A DNA stretch of 64,000 nucleotides, from positions 171,492,001-171,556,000 of the forward strand of contig OZ024743.1 in NCBI GenBank assembly GCA_964016885.1, given 5' to 3'. Made by a program: the position numbers and the translations under genes. This document shows, in pieces, positions 13,658 to 27,202 of the stretch. The notes beneath the pieces were generated by a model. The model did no database searches and was not told the origin of the DNA. It worked only from the letters and a program-made list of their open reading frames with translations. The stretch's first letter is position 1. Each line of letters starts with the position of its first letter. This stretch comes from Eledone cirrhosa. Lineage: Eukaryota.

Positions 13658-13931
13658 CATGCGTATTTGTTATATTTATTTACTTTATTTTACTTATGTT
13701 TTCGCAGCCTTAACGTTCATATACATGTGTGAGTATATGTGTACATATGTATATTTATATATATATATGCGTATGTGTGCTTGTGTGTGTGTATGTGTGT
13801 ATGTATATATATGTGTGTGTGTGTGTTTGCCTGTATATGTATATGTTCTACGTATATATATGCGTAGATATATATATAATATTATTCAAAATATAACAAA
13901 TGAAAGATATTCACATAATCAAAATATATGC

Positions 13932-13992
13932 TTTATTATATATATTTCAATGGTATTGTGTTTTTTTTTTCAGTACGTCTTCATCAGATAAA
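13932..13992 (-). ncRNA. Type I hammerhead motif, canonical core
   Basis: Minus strand TTTAT-CTGATGA-AG..GTACTG/CAATAC..TT-GAAA-TATATA-TA-ATAAA; palindromic AT stem III, AUA site; stem II weak. Confidence 0.65.
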
Positions 13993-14220
13993 ATATATGA
14001 TTTTATATATCACATACCGCTACGGTCTTGATTATACAATGCCAGTATGAAATATATACAAGGAGGATTAATCATTTTTTAAAAGGTAATATTTGAGCTC
14101 TAGTTTAACTTTAATTAGTTACCTACCTAGCTATGTGTGATTACACACTTTACAAATTATCCTCTGTGATTGTTTCATATGTTTATTTTAAATATATATA
14201 TATATCAATCAATTTCTAGT

Positions 14221-14279
<59 letters not shown>

Positions 14280-14302
14280 TGTATAAGTATATATATACAC
14301 AT

Positions 14303-14845
14303 ACAGAGTGCGGAGGATATTTGTTCGCAAGATTACTGTCTAGGAAAATATAACAGAGTAGTTTTATTTTTTAAGATATATTTATCAAACTTGGGTCAGT
14401 TTGTCTTCATGTTCTTTCGATCTCACTCGACAAATCTGCCATTGGCTTTGATGACGGCCTCAAGGCGGCCTCGGAACCGGCTACAGGCCTTCGTCACTGT
14501 CCCCCGATTTAGGCACCTAAAGGCACTGGTGATCCTGGCCTTCAGATCGTCTTTCGTATTGCAGCCAGATCTGTTGGTATCTCGTTCCACTGTGCCCCAC
14601 ATAAAGAAGTCGAGAGGGTTGCAGTCAGGCGAGCTGGGAGGCCAGATATCAGGTGAAGCGTGGTCGACGAAGTTCTCTGACAGCCAGGCTTGGGTCTTTG
14701 GCAGGGCGCTGAGTCTTGCTACCACACGTACGACCTACCTGCAGCTACCTGGTCGATCCAGGGCTTTACTACATCGCCCAGAACGCGGATGTAGCCATCG
14801 GTGTTCAGCTTGAGGCCCTCTGGGAAGAAGTGAGGTGACATGACC
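14303..14845 (-). mobile_element. Tc1/mariner superfamily (DD37D/maT-like) transposase 3' fragment
   Basis: WPPSSPDCNPLDFFMWG and FRGRLEAVIKANGRFVE*; TACAGAGTG terminus at about 14303. Confidence 0.88.
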
Positions 14846-14849
14846 TTGA

Positions 14850-15225
14850 TTGCTATATATATTTTACTTTTATCTGAATGTGTGTATGTGTGTATATGTA
14901 TGCACACATATGTCTTTTTCTATATTTCTATATACTTTTATATATTATTTTTCTCACCCTTCTTTTCTTATGTACATTTCCCTTTATTTTTGCAGCCTCA
15001 CTTCCAATTTTTAACAGATTTTAAATCTCATTTCATATTTTCTATCCATAACATCTCTGTCTGAAGACCGATCCAGACGTATATTAATTTTGCCTGGGAT
15101 CTAGGAACCTTTGGTAATGGACGAGTTATATTTTGTGTTCACTTTCTAATTAAATAGCTCTGTTCTATACATAGAGCACTGTTTTTTTCTTTGCTTTTCC
15201 TTCGGAATTACCTAACACACATATA
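14850..15225 (+). mobile_element. Solo PLE pseudo-LTR of the 9500-12510 family
   Basis: Inverted match to 9500-9790; 3' end matches 12445-12510; contains a decayed hammerhead. Confidence 0.75.
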
Positions 15226-15310
15226 TACATACATATATATGATGGCTTTAAACTCTGGCAAGAGTATTGCAATCGCTTGTCAGATTATAGAAAAAGGATG
15301 CACCTTTAGG

Positions 15311-15740
15311 CTACCGCCAGACACACGAACCTGTAACAGATCTTGAACAAGCAATGTCTGTACTTCGAAGATTTTTTAAAGTGGGATAAGGCCTTGCACT
15401 CGACCAATCCCACTCTCTGAGCATCGAAAACACTACCCGAAAAGGAGAACTGGTCAACATCATCGGATGCTTCCGAAGCCGCAGGTTTTTTTTTTTTTTC
15501 AAAATTTCCCTCTCTTAGAAAGGTGTTGTGACAACAAATAGGGGCCTTTCACTTCCAGTTGAAAAAAAAGTGCTATTTGGATAGCCGTTGGCTCTGCTGA
15601 GTTCCTTCGCCCTTTGCCGCGTCTTGTTTTTCATCCCACAGGGTGTCCAAGTATTACCCTCCTCATCAAGCAAGCTTGGTGGAGTTGCCGCTTTAGTCGC
15701 CGACGACCCGACCATGAGACAGGTTGTACTGGGTTACATG
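15311..15740 (-). mobile_element. Degenerate retroelement fragment, probably PLE thumb region
   Basis: GC-richer island between microsatellites with a RANGYP motif; frames broken. Confidence 0.4.
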
Positions 15741-15844
15741 TTAACAGTAGCACTCGAGAGCGACCTACATACACACATGCACACACACAAGTATACAGAG
15801 ATATTTCTATATCCCTCCCGCCTCCCTTTCTTTCTTTCTTTCTT

Positions 15845-15876
<32 letters not shown>

Positions 15877-16039
15877 CATATATTTATGTACATATATAAA
15901 TATATACAGATATATATGTATACGTGTATACACACACACACACACAGACACACACACATATATATATATATATAGTTCAAAAAGGACAAACGAACAAACG
16001 CAGGAGTCAATAGTACATAGCCTTATTAGCTTCCCGCTT

Positions 16040-18506
16040 GGTAAGAGTAGGGGAGGTTTCAACGTTTCGGACATATGTCCATCTGCAAAGTACAGAGGAA
16101 CTCCGAGAGGGAGTGATGAGTGTAGTAAAGGGGGGAAATGAACAGGAAGAACACGAAAGGAAGGAAAATAAAAAACAGAATTAAGAAAAGTGAAAATGAA
16201 GGGGAAGGGAGAGGTCTACAGGTGCGGTATGGCAAGGGTATGGTATTGTGTATAGGAGTAGGTTGAGGGGGAATACGTGTATAGTCCCTGTATGGATGTT
16301 GGTGTGTATGTGTGTGTGTGTGGATGGAGGGGAACGGATAGGATGAGATCGTGTCAAATCCGGAGGCGGTATGGGGTGAAGTGTGGGTGTATGTGTAGAT
16401 GTGCATGAGTGTGTGGTTAAAAGAAGAGGAAATGTGGTATGTCTGTAGGTGATATGGCTTCGTGTAAGGTACGTAGTTGCATGTGTGCGGAAATGGTGCA
16501 AGTGTCTGTGTGTCTATGTTTCTGTATGGATATTGGTGTGTTTGGATGGTAAAAATCCGAGGGTAGAGCAAGTGGATATGAAGGTGAGATATATTCCTAG
16601 TGAACAGAAGTAAATGGCGATGAGGAAGTGAAATGGTAGTGTAGCGTGCGCAACCGGAAGTGTTCAAGTCGAAAGAGTGAGAGGAGGGGTGGAGAGGGTG
16701 GTGTTGGCGGTACAATGTGTGAGAGGGAGGAGATGGTGCCAACAAAACATAACTTGGTGGGTAAGAGTGGTAGTGCCACTGTCAGTGCGTGAGGGGTAGT
16801 TAGCTGTGTAGACAGGCAGGTGGGTGGAGGTGGGTGACAGTGGCATGTGTGTATGGCGTTATGTGCATGTGTGTGTAGAAAGCGTAATGGACATGCCAGG
16901 AGGTATTGTCGGTGTATGTGGAAGGGTTCTGTCGGTCGCTGTTTGTATGGGTGGAGGTGGCAGAGAGTGGCATTTGTGTATGTATGTGTGTATGGTATTA
17001 TGTGTATGTGTGTGTAGAAAGCGTGGTGGACATGCGAGGAGATATTGTTGATGTGTGTGGGAGGAGTCTGTTTTGATGTGTACATACACGTAATTGAGTG
17101 TATACACTGGTGTCTGTGTGCGTTTAGAGTGTAAGTGCGTGTGTGTTTTTGTGGTGTAAGGGTTGTAGGGGACGTGGGTGAGGTGTATGGTGGGGAGTTA
17201 GTGGATTAGGGTGACGAAGTGGGGGAAAGGTGTGTGGTTATTAGTAGGTTAGGGGGTGAAGGAAAGGGTGGTAGTATGAGGGGGTTAGTTGTATTAGTGG
17301 GGTGGCAAAGGGTGCGTGTGTATTGAGTGGGCTGATGGTAGTAGGTTATTGGAATTAGTGGAAGGTAGGGGTGGGTGATGGTCGATGGTGGATAGTGGTG
17401 TCATTCGGGGGCTAAAGCCAGAAGGGTGTGGAGTTCAAACCGGGGGCGGTGCATGTCTGTAGTTGGCATGTCTGTTGCTCGGCTCTCAGTCGGGTATCTG
17501 GGGTTCCTGGGCATGCAATCAGGCCGCAGACGGTCAAGTTGTGAGCGGAATGTCCGGCTGAGTAGAAGTGTCGGGCAATGGGGGAACACGAGCCGAGACG
17601 GATGTCACGGAGGTGCTCGGTGAACCGCTCCGCCAAACGGCATTCCGTCTGTCCGACATAGGTGGCACCGCACTCCGTGCAGCGGAGTCGGTAGACAAGG
17701 CTGAAGGAGGTGCAGCGAAAGGAATGCCGGGCAGAGAGAGAGTGGCCGTTGGTTCCCTGGAAGGTTGTGGTGTTGGTGATGTGGAGCATATGTGGCAGCG
17801 GGGTCGGGAGCAGGGAAGGGATCCGGGGGAAGAACGGGTGTAGGGGGTAGGAGCTGCGGACAAGGAGTTTGCGGAGGTTGCGTGCACGTTTGTATGAGGG
17901 GGAGGGGTGGGAGTGGGAATACGGGGGAAATGGAGGGTAGGGTGGTTGGGTGGTAGGTGAGGTGATGGGAGATGGTGGGTAGGGTGGTGAGGGCGGTGGT
18001 CCGGTAGATGCGCGGGTGCGTGTGAGGCGGCGTGTACAAGGGAGGGGCTAACCACTTCGGGTGAAATGACGGATCAAGGAAAGGGTCTGGGTTTCAAAGT
18101 CCGCATCTCGGCTGCAAAGGCGGTGGATTCGGAGAAGTTGAGAGTAGCAAATGCAGTGTTTGGTGTGAGTGGGTGGCAGGAGGTAAAGTCTAGGTAAAAG
18201 TGGGAGTCGGTAGGTTTAAAGAAAGTAGGTGTGATGAGTGAGCGGTAGGAGGGGTTGATGGTGACGGAGATGTCCAAGAAGTGGATGGAGATTGTGGAGA
18301 TGGAGGTGGTGAAGTGGAGGGAACTGAAGAAAGAGAGAAAGGAGTGGATCTGTTCCCTGGTGAGAGTCGTGGCACCGATACAGTCGTCAAAATAACGACT
18401 GTATAATTTCGGGGTGGCACCAGTGTACTGGGCAAAGATCTGGGCTTCAACGTGGTCAACGAAAAGTTTGGTGTAGTTGGGGCCCATTCTTGTGCCTATG
18501 GCTACC

Positions 18507-18510
<4 letters not shown>
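16040..18510 (-). mobile_element. Neptune-like PLE 3' half
   Basis: GVAIGTRMGPNY, YSRYFDDCIG, IHFLDISV..FKPTDSHFYLDFTSCHP, CSRPRCHIC, CTECGATYVGQT..RLAERFTEHL; ends in a decayed minimal hammerhead (ttgcaga-tGGACatatGTCC-GAAA-CG-TT, about 16058-16090). Confidence 0.9.
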
Positions 18511-18543
<33 letters not shown>

Positions 18544-18549
<6 letters not shown>

Positions 18550-19086
18550 TAGAATTGAAGCTCTGAAATAGCAATATATATATGGATGTATATATAATGT
18601 ATTTTGCAATACACTTTATGCTTAATTAAAAGCATTTTGAAGACCGTAAGCTATTGTTTTTTAGAGTAGTGACAAATTCACTTACTTTGATCTCAGCAAA
18701 CAGGGGAGATAAGCCGACAAGGCCTTGTTTCGCTTTTGTTGAAGCTTATCAAGGCTAACTACTCCCACCTGTCTACCGAGATCACTGATGTTATATTCTT
18801 ATAGAATTCTAGTAAATAATCAGGAGCTGATTATGCAGAGCGGTTGTTGGTCAGGCAGAAATTAAAAATTAGAATTGGAGCTCTGAAATAGCAATATATA
18901 TATGGATGTATATATAATGTTGATAAGCTTCAACAAAAGCGAAACAAGGCCTTGTCGGCTTATCTCCCCTGTTTGCTGAGATCAAAGTAAGTGAATTTGT
19001 CACTACTCTAAAAAACAATAGCTTACGGTCTTCAAAATGCTTTTAATTAAGCATAAAGTGTATTGCAAAATACATTATATATACAT

Positions 19087-19090
<4 letters not shown>
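18544..19090 (-). mobile_element. Non-coding hammerhead-bearing unit (320-bp period) plus inverted partial copy; retrozyme-like
   Basis: 18544-18600 recurs at 18864-18920; 18920-19090 is the reverse complement of about 18580-18752; flanked by (AT)n. Confidence 0.75.
18712..18756 (-). ncRNA. Type I hammerhead, U3-A8 compensatory core
   Basis: AGCC-TTGATAA-GCTT caacaa AAGC-GAAA-CAAGGCCTTG-TC-GGCT; all three stems intact; GUC site; palindromic stem III. Confidence 0.88.
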
Positions 19091-19124
<34 letters not shown>

Positions 19125-19127
19125 GTA

Positions 19128-19200
<73 letters not shown>

Positions 19201-19214
19201 ATACACATGAAGAC

Positions 19215-20010
19215 ATATATGCTTTAATCCTCCACATAACGGATTAGTTACCACTAAATTAGCAACACATTTCTTTAGATACTAGACGAAAGCTTTCCTC
19301 CAGCACACAGGTATCGTGAAATCCTGAAAAGAAAAAACAGTTCGGCTGTCCTACTTTACCACAGCTAACCATAACAGTCTCATAACTTGATTGAAGAGTA
19401 AACGCCTCCGGGATTTTGATAGAAACATAAAACCACACGAACGGTTTCTGAACCCTTCACACTGAACACCATTATGCCAACCCTCTCGGATGGACTATAT
19501 AATTTGCAAGCGAACCTAACACAACCTTCCTACACTTCGGATACCACGCCAAATACAGGTACAAACAACGACCCCAGACATTATGAACGGACACACTGTA
19601 ACTGCAGACAACCCGGAAACTATTAAATTGAAAGTGCATGTATAGGAACAATTTACCAATGTGTGGTCAATACAAACTTGGGGACATATAAGTATGTCGG
19701 TGCAACTTCTAACTTTTTTAAGAAGAGATGGAATGTGCACTCACATTCATTCATGGATCCTGGGCTGAGTAAATAACCACCCTCGCCAAAAAGATCTGGG
19801 ACTTGAAACGAAACAATACGGAATATACACTCTTATGGTCAGTGTTAAGGTTCGCCCGCCTATTCCAAAGTGAAAGGCGCTCTGTGACCTTTGTGTGATA
19901 GAGGTAATGGAGATTATGACTGGCTCGGGTCTGCTAAACTCTCGCAATGATAGAATTTGTAATTGCCAACACAAAGCATTACGTACTTTCGCTAAGTACC
20001 ACCCTGATTA
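19215..20010 (+). mobile_element. Degenerate PLE 3' fragment
   Basis: FNPPHN, FLRILDESFPPAHRYREIL and GIY-YIG remnants (CNCR, YVGAT, LCDLC). Confidence 0.8.
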
Positions 20011-20539
20011 GCATAAGACCTATTCCCGTATCCTCTAAGCCTCTTTAACTGCTTAATTAAGCACTAATTTCCTTCATTAAGGAAGCACTAATTTCCTTCA
20101 TAACTAGCATCAGGTTCGGTCTTACATCTCTCTTTTCACTCTACCTATAGTTCATACCCAATCTCCAACTGCCAAGACTTTATCGGCGGCAGTAGAAAAT
20201 GTATTACTCTTTAACTATCCCTTATCTATTCTAGACGCTTCGACCAGCGAAATACCTCCCTCTTCCTTCCTTCACCTGCCACATATCTCCCCTCCGGTTT
20301 ACTAAAATCGCTTTTTTAACTTTCCATTCTCCCTCCTCCTTAGTCATCAACACTCTTTTCTTTATATGTGTGTATGTGTGTGTATATGTGTATATGTGTG
20401 TACGTATGTGTGTGTATATATGTATGTGTGTGTATATATGTATGTGTGTGTATGTATGAATATATGTGTATATATATAAGTGTATGTATATGTATATTCA
20501 AAATAGATATATAAAAATGTTAGTTTCTGACGGGAAAAT

Positions 20540-20975
20540 AAATAATTGTTTCTACATTTAGCAGATGGTCGACAAATTGGGGTAGGGGTAAAGTCGATTA
20601 AATCGATCCCAGGACATTACTGGTGTTTTATTTTATCGACTCCGTAAAGATAATCTCGGCGGAATGTTAACTCAGAGCATAAAGCGGCGTATCTCTATGC
20701 CGCAAAGCATGTTTTCCGACACTCTATCAATGCTACCAACCCACTGGTATTGTTAATAATTGTTTCTAATGTAGGCACAAGCCCAACAACTTTGATGGGG
20801 TGTAAAATCGATTAAATTGACCTCATTGCGTTACTGGTAGTTTATTTTTTCGAACCTGCATCGATGAAAAGGAAAGCTAATCTTGGCGGGATTTGAACTC
20901 AGAACGTAAAGAGTGGTACCTCTATACCACAAAGGATGTTATGCGACGCTCTACCGATACTACCAATCCACCATT
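20540..20975 (-). mobile_element. Two tandem tRNA-derived SINE copies
   Basis: Reverse complements of the family at 31294 (A-box TGGTAGYATYG, B-box GAGTTCAAATCC, GTCGATAAAATAAA..CCAGT core, GTAGAAACAATT tail). Confidence 0.85.
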
Positions 20976-21277
20976 CTCACGGAAAATAAATAACAAAATT
21001 TCGTATCACATATTTACAGCTAATGGTCGTTAGTTAAACTGCCCTTGTTTTTCACTTTTCTCATCTTATTTATGTTTTTTTACTCCCATTAGCCTTCCCC
21101 CTTTTTATCTTTCTCTCTATCTTGTTTTTCTTTCTTAACTGTAATGGGTACTAGATGCCCTCCAGTCTGTCATAATTTACTAGCTCTGTACGAAAGTTTA
21201 AATTGATCAAATAAATATATGAATAAATAAATAAATAGGCGGAATGAAAGTGAGAAGTTAGGGAAAGCAATACTTAC

Positions 21278-21402
21278 TGTGTGGTCTTTGTGAAGTTGTT
21301 CGGTTAGTTGTTTCCACATAATCTCTTCGTAATTCACTCGATAAAAGCCGATATGATCAACATTTCCTAAAATCCAGCCGCTTCCGGTAGCCTTAATTCT
21401 AT
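21278..21402 (-). CDS. Next exon of the M1 aminopeptidase (start of ERAP1-like C-terminal domain)
   Basis: Acceptor tctattttgtAG, donor GTaagt; 125 nt; G|AT joins in frame to give DRIKATGSGWILGNVDHIGFYRVNYEEIMWKQLTEQLHKDHT (WIxxNxxxxGFYRVNY motif). Confidence 0.94.
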
Positions 21403-22108
21403 CTACAAAATAGAATAGAAATATAAGAAGCAACATGAATTTAAAGTCATGCAATAAAGAAATTCCACATTACAGATTTACCTTCTACATGTGAAACACT
21501 ATTGTGTTTCTTGTTTAAAAGGTGAAGTCCATCCCAATCTCGGAGGCTCTCAAGCCAGTGCTTAGCCCAGTTTTGTTGGCATTAAGCGGGGTTATCCCCC
21601 TTCCCTGCACAATCACTGCTGGTTCTCATTTTCAGCTGAATAAACTAGAGCATTGTGAAATGAAGAGTTTTGCTCGGGCCAAGAATCGAAACCACGGCAT
21701 TACGATTAGATAAAGATAGAAAGATTAGATAGATACATAAAGAGGGAGAGAGAAAGAGGGATAGAGTTTGTGTGTTTGTGTGTGTATGTATGTGTGTGTG
21801 TGCGTGTGTGTGAGAGACAAAACGAACTATTGTAGATTTGTGTCACCTCTTTGTATGTAATCTATCTATATGCTACTAAAAATCTGTGATAGTGTGTTTG
21901 CCTGCAATTTAATACAGCTAAAACGGCGCACAACGGGGAAATACTTTGAAAGGAAGTTGCCTCTGAAATGAGAATACAAATGGAATAAAACATGTTTCGT
22001 ATAAATCGCTGTACGGGCTCCCGAAATACGGGTTTTTTCCGGGTACATTCACAAATAAAGAGAGAGAAAGATAGAGAAAAAGAGATAGTGGTTGTGAAAG
22101 AGTAGATT

Positions 22109-22175
<67 letters not shown>

Positions 22176-22361
22176 GGTGATGTTGTAATGAAATTATAAC
22201 AAGTGACTTCAAAGAATCGAATGCAACATTACTGTATCTAACTTGAATGTGGTGACTGAATATTAGCTCAAATGTATCCTATAACTTGTGTTAGAACAGG
22301 ATGTGTAGCGAATATTTCCTGCTAAACAGGAAGGGTTTCTAAGTGTGTGCGTGTATATTTG

Positions 22362-22463
<102 letters not shown>

Positions 22464-22769
22464 TCTGTGACCTGTGTATATAGGTCAACCCCCCTCCCAT
22501 ATATATTTATATATATATATTTATATATATATATATGGACCTTCCAATTTGATTTTACATTATATACATGTCTGTGTATATTTTAATTATTTAAAAATTA
22601 TTTTTAAGTGAACATGATTTTTAAAAAATATTTCTAAGTGAACATGACCCAAGGTGTACGGGTGGTCTAGTTAAAATTTAAAAATGTGATCTTGATTTTG
22701 GAATGGAATGGACCTTCGTCAATCTCAATGTTGGATCAACGTAAAAGCCTATTAAGTTTAAATGGCTGA

Positions 22770-22995
22770 ACATTTAACAGACACGTTAACATAGTTTTCC
22801 GTGTGAGTCAACAAGACATTGTGGGACAAGGTTGGCTCTATGGATTTACAGATACAGTCCATTCGATAAGCTTCCAAATAGTTTCCGTCTACCCAGTTTC
22901 TCCCATATGTCAATGACACTTGACCAAGATGTCACACAGTGGAATCGAACCGAGGACTAAATGATTGCCAAGCGAGCTTCTAAACCATTTAGCCA
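22770..22995 (-). mobile_element. Second tRNA-derived SINE family (related remnant 26130-26470)
   Basis: Minus strand TGGCTAAATGG A-box and GGTTCGATTCC B-box; body shared with 26130-26470. Confidence 0.65.
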
Positions 22996-23049
22996 TAAGG
23001 CGTCCACAAAACTCGAAGTAAAATAGATTAGATGTCATATAATAATTCA

Positions 23050-23790
23050 ATGCAGGGTGGTGGATTGGAGCGTCGGAACATTGTTACGTTCTTTTACTTT
23101 CTGGGGTTAGCTTTCCCTTTCATCCTTACGGGTTCCATAAAATAAAATACCAGTAATGCACTGGGGTCTATTTAATCGACTTTCCCCAAGTTGTTGGCCA
23201 TGTGCCTAAATCAGAAACGATATATTAATTCAATGCCCCAGGTTCCTAAGTTCAAATTCTGCAGGGATTTTGAAATACCGGATTAAGTCAATAAAATAAA
23301 TATCAGAAGTGTACAAAAACTGAACAATCGATCATTTCTACACTTCTTATAAACATGAATCATCTGCATGGCTGCTCGATTTGCCAAAAATTGCAACCAA
23401 ATTTCCCTCAAATCAGACTCTGCCGCTAAAAATGAGCATATTGAACCTGTAGCCCTATATATATACTGTCGAAATACACATCCCCAAAAGATGAAATGAT
23501 TATGATTGGTATAGCTTTGGTGATAAGTCTATTGGCAGACATGGCGTTAAACAACACTAATAAGGTTTTGTACCAATATGGTTTCTGATTTAGGCACAAG
23601 GCCAACAATTTAGGAGAGAGGAGAAAGTCGATTAAATCAACCCCAGTGCGTTGATTTAATTTGATTTTATCGACACCGTAGGGATGAAAGCTAACCTCAG
23701 CTGGATTTGAAATTAGAACTTAATGGGTCGTAACTATATGCTGCAAAGCATTTTGTCCGATGCTCTACCGATATTGCCAATCGACCACCC
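23050..23790. mobile_element. SINE copies (23050-23220 +, 23575-23790 -)
   Basis: ggtggattgg head, cctttcatccttacgg core and tagaaac/cagaaac tail. Confidence 0.8.
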
Positions 23791-24143
23791 TAAGGTTTGT
23801 ACCAATACACAAAATAGAATAAAATATAGAATAAAGCGGTATAATTTATATGAAGTATCGTGAGATGTTATTAAAAATGTATTTGGAAAACCGGTACAAT
23901 GGGAATTAAATGGTTAAATTAGAGTAGAGGAAAATAAGAATGATAAATGAAAACAATAGTTTTTAGCTTATATTTCATATTTCGATTTTTTTAATTTTAT
24001 TTGATAAAGCGCTCCTTACTTTACTCTACTCAAGTTCCGCCATTTGTATTTCATATTTACATTGTACCAGCTTTCCCAATATATTCTTAAAACATAGATT
24101 TACCTTCCTGTCCATATTGCCACACGCTATCTAAAACACTTAC

Positions 24144-24226
24144 CCGAAGTGTCACTTAACCAGTGAAGTTCCGTATGTGATGGTTTGGACTTAAATGTAT
24201 AAACGAATGGTATGTGCCACTTGTAC
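24144..24226 (-). CDS. Next exon of the M1 aminopeptidase
   Basis: Acceptor ctctatacctccAG, donor GTaagt; 83 nt; AT|G joins the upstream exon in frame to give (M)YKWHIPFVYTFKSKPSHTELHWLSDTS (YxWxIP motif). Ends in phase 1. Confidence 0.92.
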
Positions 24227-24319
24227 CTGGAGGTATAGAGAAACAATGGACATGAGTTATAATATCACGATCTTCTATTTCATTTCAGCTTCTAATATAT
24301 CGTATTAAGATGCAATGTT

Positions 24320-24655
24320 TTGTACAGGGTTCCTAATAATTCTCTTCTACATCTGTCTTCTCTTCTTCTCAAATCATCCCTCCATCGAAGGTGAAGCATG
24401 TACAAAGTTATTTTTCCAGACTTCCTGATCTCTCGTCGCAACAAGAAGATTTCATCCAATGAAGCCAGTGTCCCTTGCCAACAGAGTTCTGATGGTTATG
24501 TTTGGACGTCTTATTCCGAGCTTTACATCTGATGACCAGAGAAGCAGTTTCCCTGCAGGTTCATCATGGGAAACATAACCAGCAAGAACCATGCGAGGAG
24601 ATCGAACATTCGATGAAACTTGTGGCAGATCACTATAAAGAATTTTGTGTGGTAG
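24320..24655 (-). mobile_element. RTE-like LINE 3' fragment between ~65 bp diverged direct repeats
   Basis: Minus frame ILYSDLPQVSSNVRSPRMVLAGYVSHDEPAGKLLLWS..RRPNITIRTLLARDTG; 24252-24318 is repeated at 24667-24731. Confidence 0.7.
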
Positions 24656-25319
24656 TGTGACTGGAATGAGTTACAACATCACAATCTTCTATTTCATCTC
24701 GGCTTCTAATATATCATTAAGATATAATGTTTCTCTATCTGAAATTTCTCCCCACTCTACAGTCATTTGTGATTTAAAACTTGCAGTATATGAAAAACAT
24801 GTCAAATCAACGAAAGATAGTTTCGTTGTCATTCAATCTGCTATAAATATTAGTTAATTCAAACAACACTCAATGTCGAAACCAAGAAACGTCCATCGAT
24901 TTTTATTGAACAATGATTTTAAAGCTGGGACCCGCGCCCAACAGGGGATGCAAATTGAATAATTTGGTGGGCAATGTTAGTAAATTTTAGGATATATCTT
25001 TTAAACACGAAAGAAGTTTTTATATGGAGGGAGTCACTATGTTTCTTGAGTTGTCGTCCTAAGTTATTGGGTAAAATCGTTAAGAACAATTGGTGTAGTG
25101 GTTACTAAGGCCTGTCCTCGGTTGTTGATACCCCTGATCTTATAAAGTTAATTAGATGACACTATTGCAGTTGTGCCTGGAATTGAAGACGAACTATTAA
25201 TTCCAGCGTGCCATGGGAATTTTTTGAAACTTAATGGAGCTCATTCCTTCTGAAAGCCAATTTTTCCAGACAAAATAAGATGAAAAAAGTTGAAGAACCA
25301 TCTCTAGAACTGAACTGGA

Positions 25320-25810
25320 GATTTTTTATTTATCGATTTCGAAAGGATGAAAGGTAAAGTGACCTTGGCAGGATTTAAACTCAAAATACAGGAAACCAGA
25401 ACAAATACTGATGTATTTTTATCCGACTTCCTAAGAACTCTGCCAATACGCCGCCTTAGTGTGTCTAAGAGATATATTTCTTCTTTTCTTTTGTCCCGTC
25501 AATCACGAAGGAGTGGTAGGGGCGCCGGAGTGGCATACGGTGTTTCTTGGGCACTTTTAAGCATGGCGAAGTCCATCTCCTTTCCAGATCTGAACACGAC
25601 AGATTTCTTCCAGAGACGGATTGAGAGTGAGAGAGAAAAAGTGAGAAAGAGATATGGAGAAGCATCGACCCCAGTACTAGAAAGGTACCTTTTTTATCGA
25701 TCTCGAAAGGATGTGAAGCAAAGTTGTTCTCGGTGGGATTTGAACTCAGGGAGTAGAGAGTCAGAGCAAATAACTCAAAGCATTCTATCCAACGTTGTGT
25801 CAATTCGCCA
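25320..25810 (-). mobile_element. Two decayed SINE copies (25320-25455, 25660-25810)
   Basis: tttatcga..cgaaaggatg core and ggattt(a/g)aactca B-box complement. Confidence 0.7.
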
Positions 25811-26474
25811 CATAGAGAGATACTTATAATTATGTAACATAGATTACCTTCCCTTGATAAGGTTTTATATCTGTAAATAAATAAATATTGGGGAATAGTC
25901 AGAATATCGGGCTAAAATATTCACAGTATTTAATTATGTTCTTTTACGATATTAGTTCAAGTTAAGGGTTAATATATATCTTTATCCTTCCAAGATTCGA
26001 AAATGAACTGCCAGTCAATTTCAATACAATGTACTCACCTTCCAGAATTTAAGACCTTATCACTCAATAAAAATACTATATGTTATATGATGTAGGATGG
26101 ATCCCGCACTCGTCTTACACAATGAGAGTTCAGTGGTTCGATCAACTGAATGTCCGACTCATTAAATTAACTTGTATGCGACTTAGTTTCCATAGGTACA
26201 TGCAACCATAACTTGTATGTGGCTGAGCATATCTAAATACAAGTACCCTTAACGAAATTTCCAAGCGGGATCGGTATGACCCAACATGTTATGTGATAAG
26301 GTTGGACGTTTGAAGTACAGGTTCAGTTCACCAGATGGGTTTCCCCACATTCTTCATGTATTCATTTCCACCCACAAGGTTTGGGTCAACACAAGGATAT
26401 GGTAAAGACACATGCCCAAGATGGTACATGTGCAAGATCATTAGGAAGCAAAGATTTTAACCACCCACTCAGTC

Positions 26475-26524
<50 letters not shown>

Positions 26525-26613
26525 AAGGTTTAATAAATGGTCGAGGTGCTGGACAATTTGAAATCTTTGGAAAATCTGGGAATTCCAAATGCAGAACTAA
26601 CACACGCACACAC

Positions 26614-26647
<34 letters not shown>

Positions 26648-26988
26648 TTAATATAGATGAGATTCTACAGGGCTAGAACTGTTTCATTCATTAGAAATCA
26701 TCTGGGTATCAAAAAATAAATATGGTATTTATAGGTCTCTACAAGTGGTAGGAGAGGGTGGGGAGTGGGATGGGTGCAGGTCATTGGTTGATAGAAAAGG
26801 GAATTCATTAAAAGCTAATTCTACAAAGCTATAGTTTATTTTTATTTTTATTTATATTTATTTATGTTTTTAGAGTAACAAAGGCAGACAGAATTCTATA
26901 AACAGGTTCCGGATGGCATACCATTCCTTGTCAATGAGTTTCTCTTAAGCTAACAGATGTCTATAAAATCAGTGGGGGGTCAGTCGTG

Positions 26989-26989
<1 letters not shown>

Positions 26990-27046
<57 letters not shown>

Positions 27047-27070
27047 GTATGTAGGTATGTATGTGTGTGC

Positions 27071-27114
<44 letters not shown>

Positions 27115-27134
27115 GTATATGATTGTGTGGGCAG

Positions 27135-27202
<68 letters not shown>

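Noticed and set aside
24104-24143. Alternative downstream donor (GAAG/GTaaat) extending exon 24144-24226
   Set aside because: The extension has an in-frame TAG and is 40 nt long.
25848-25870. Possible minus-strand microexon (tttacAG, 23 nt, GTaatc) in the aminopeptidase intron
   Set aside because: 23 nt would shift the frame, and the flanking exons already join in phase.
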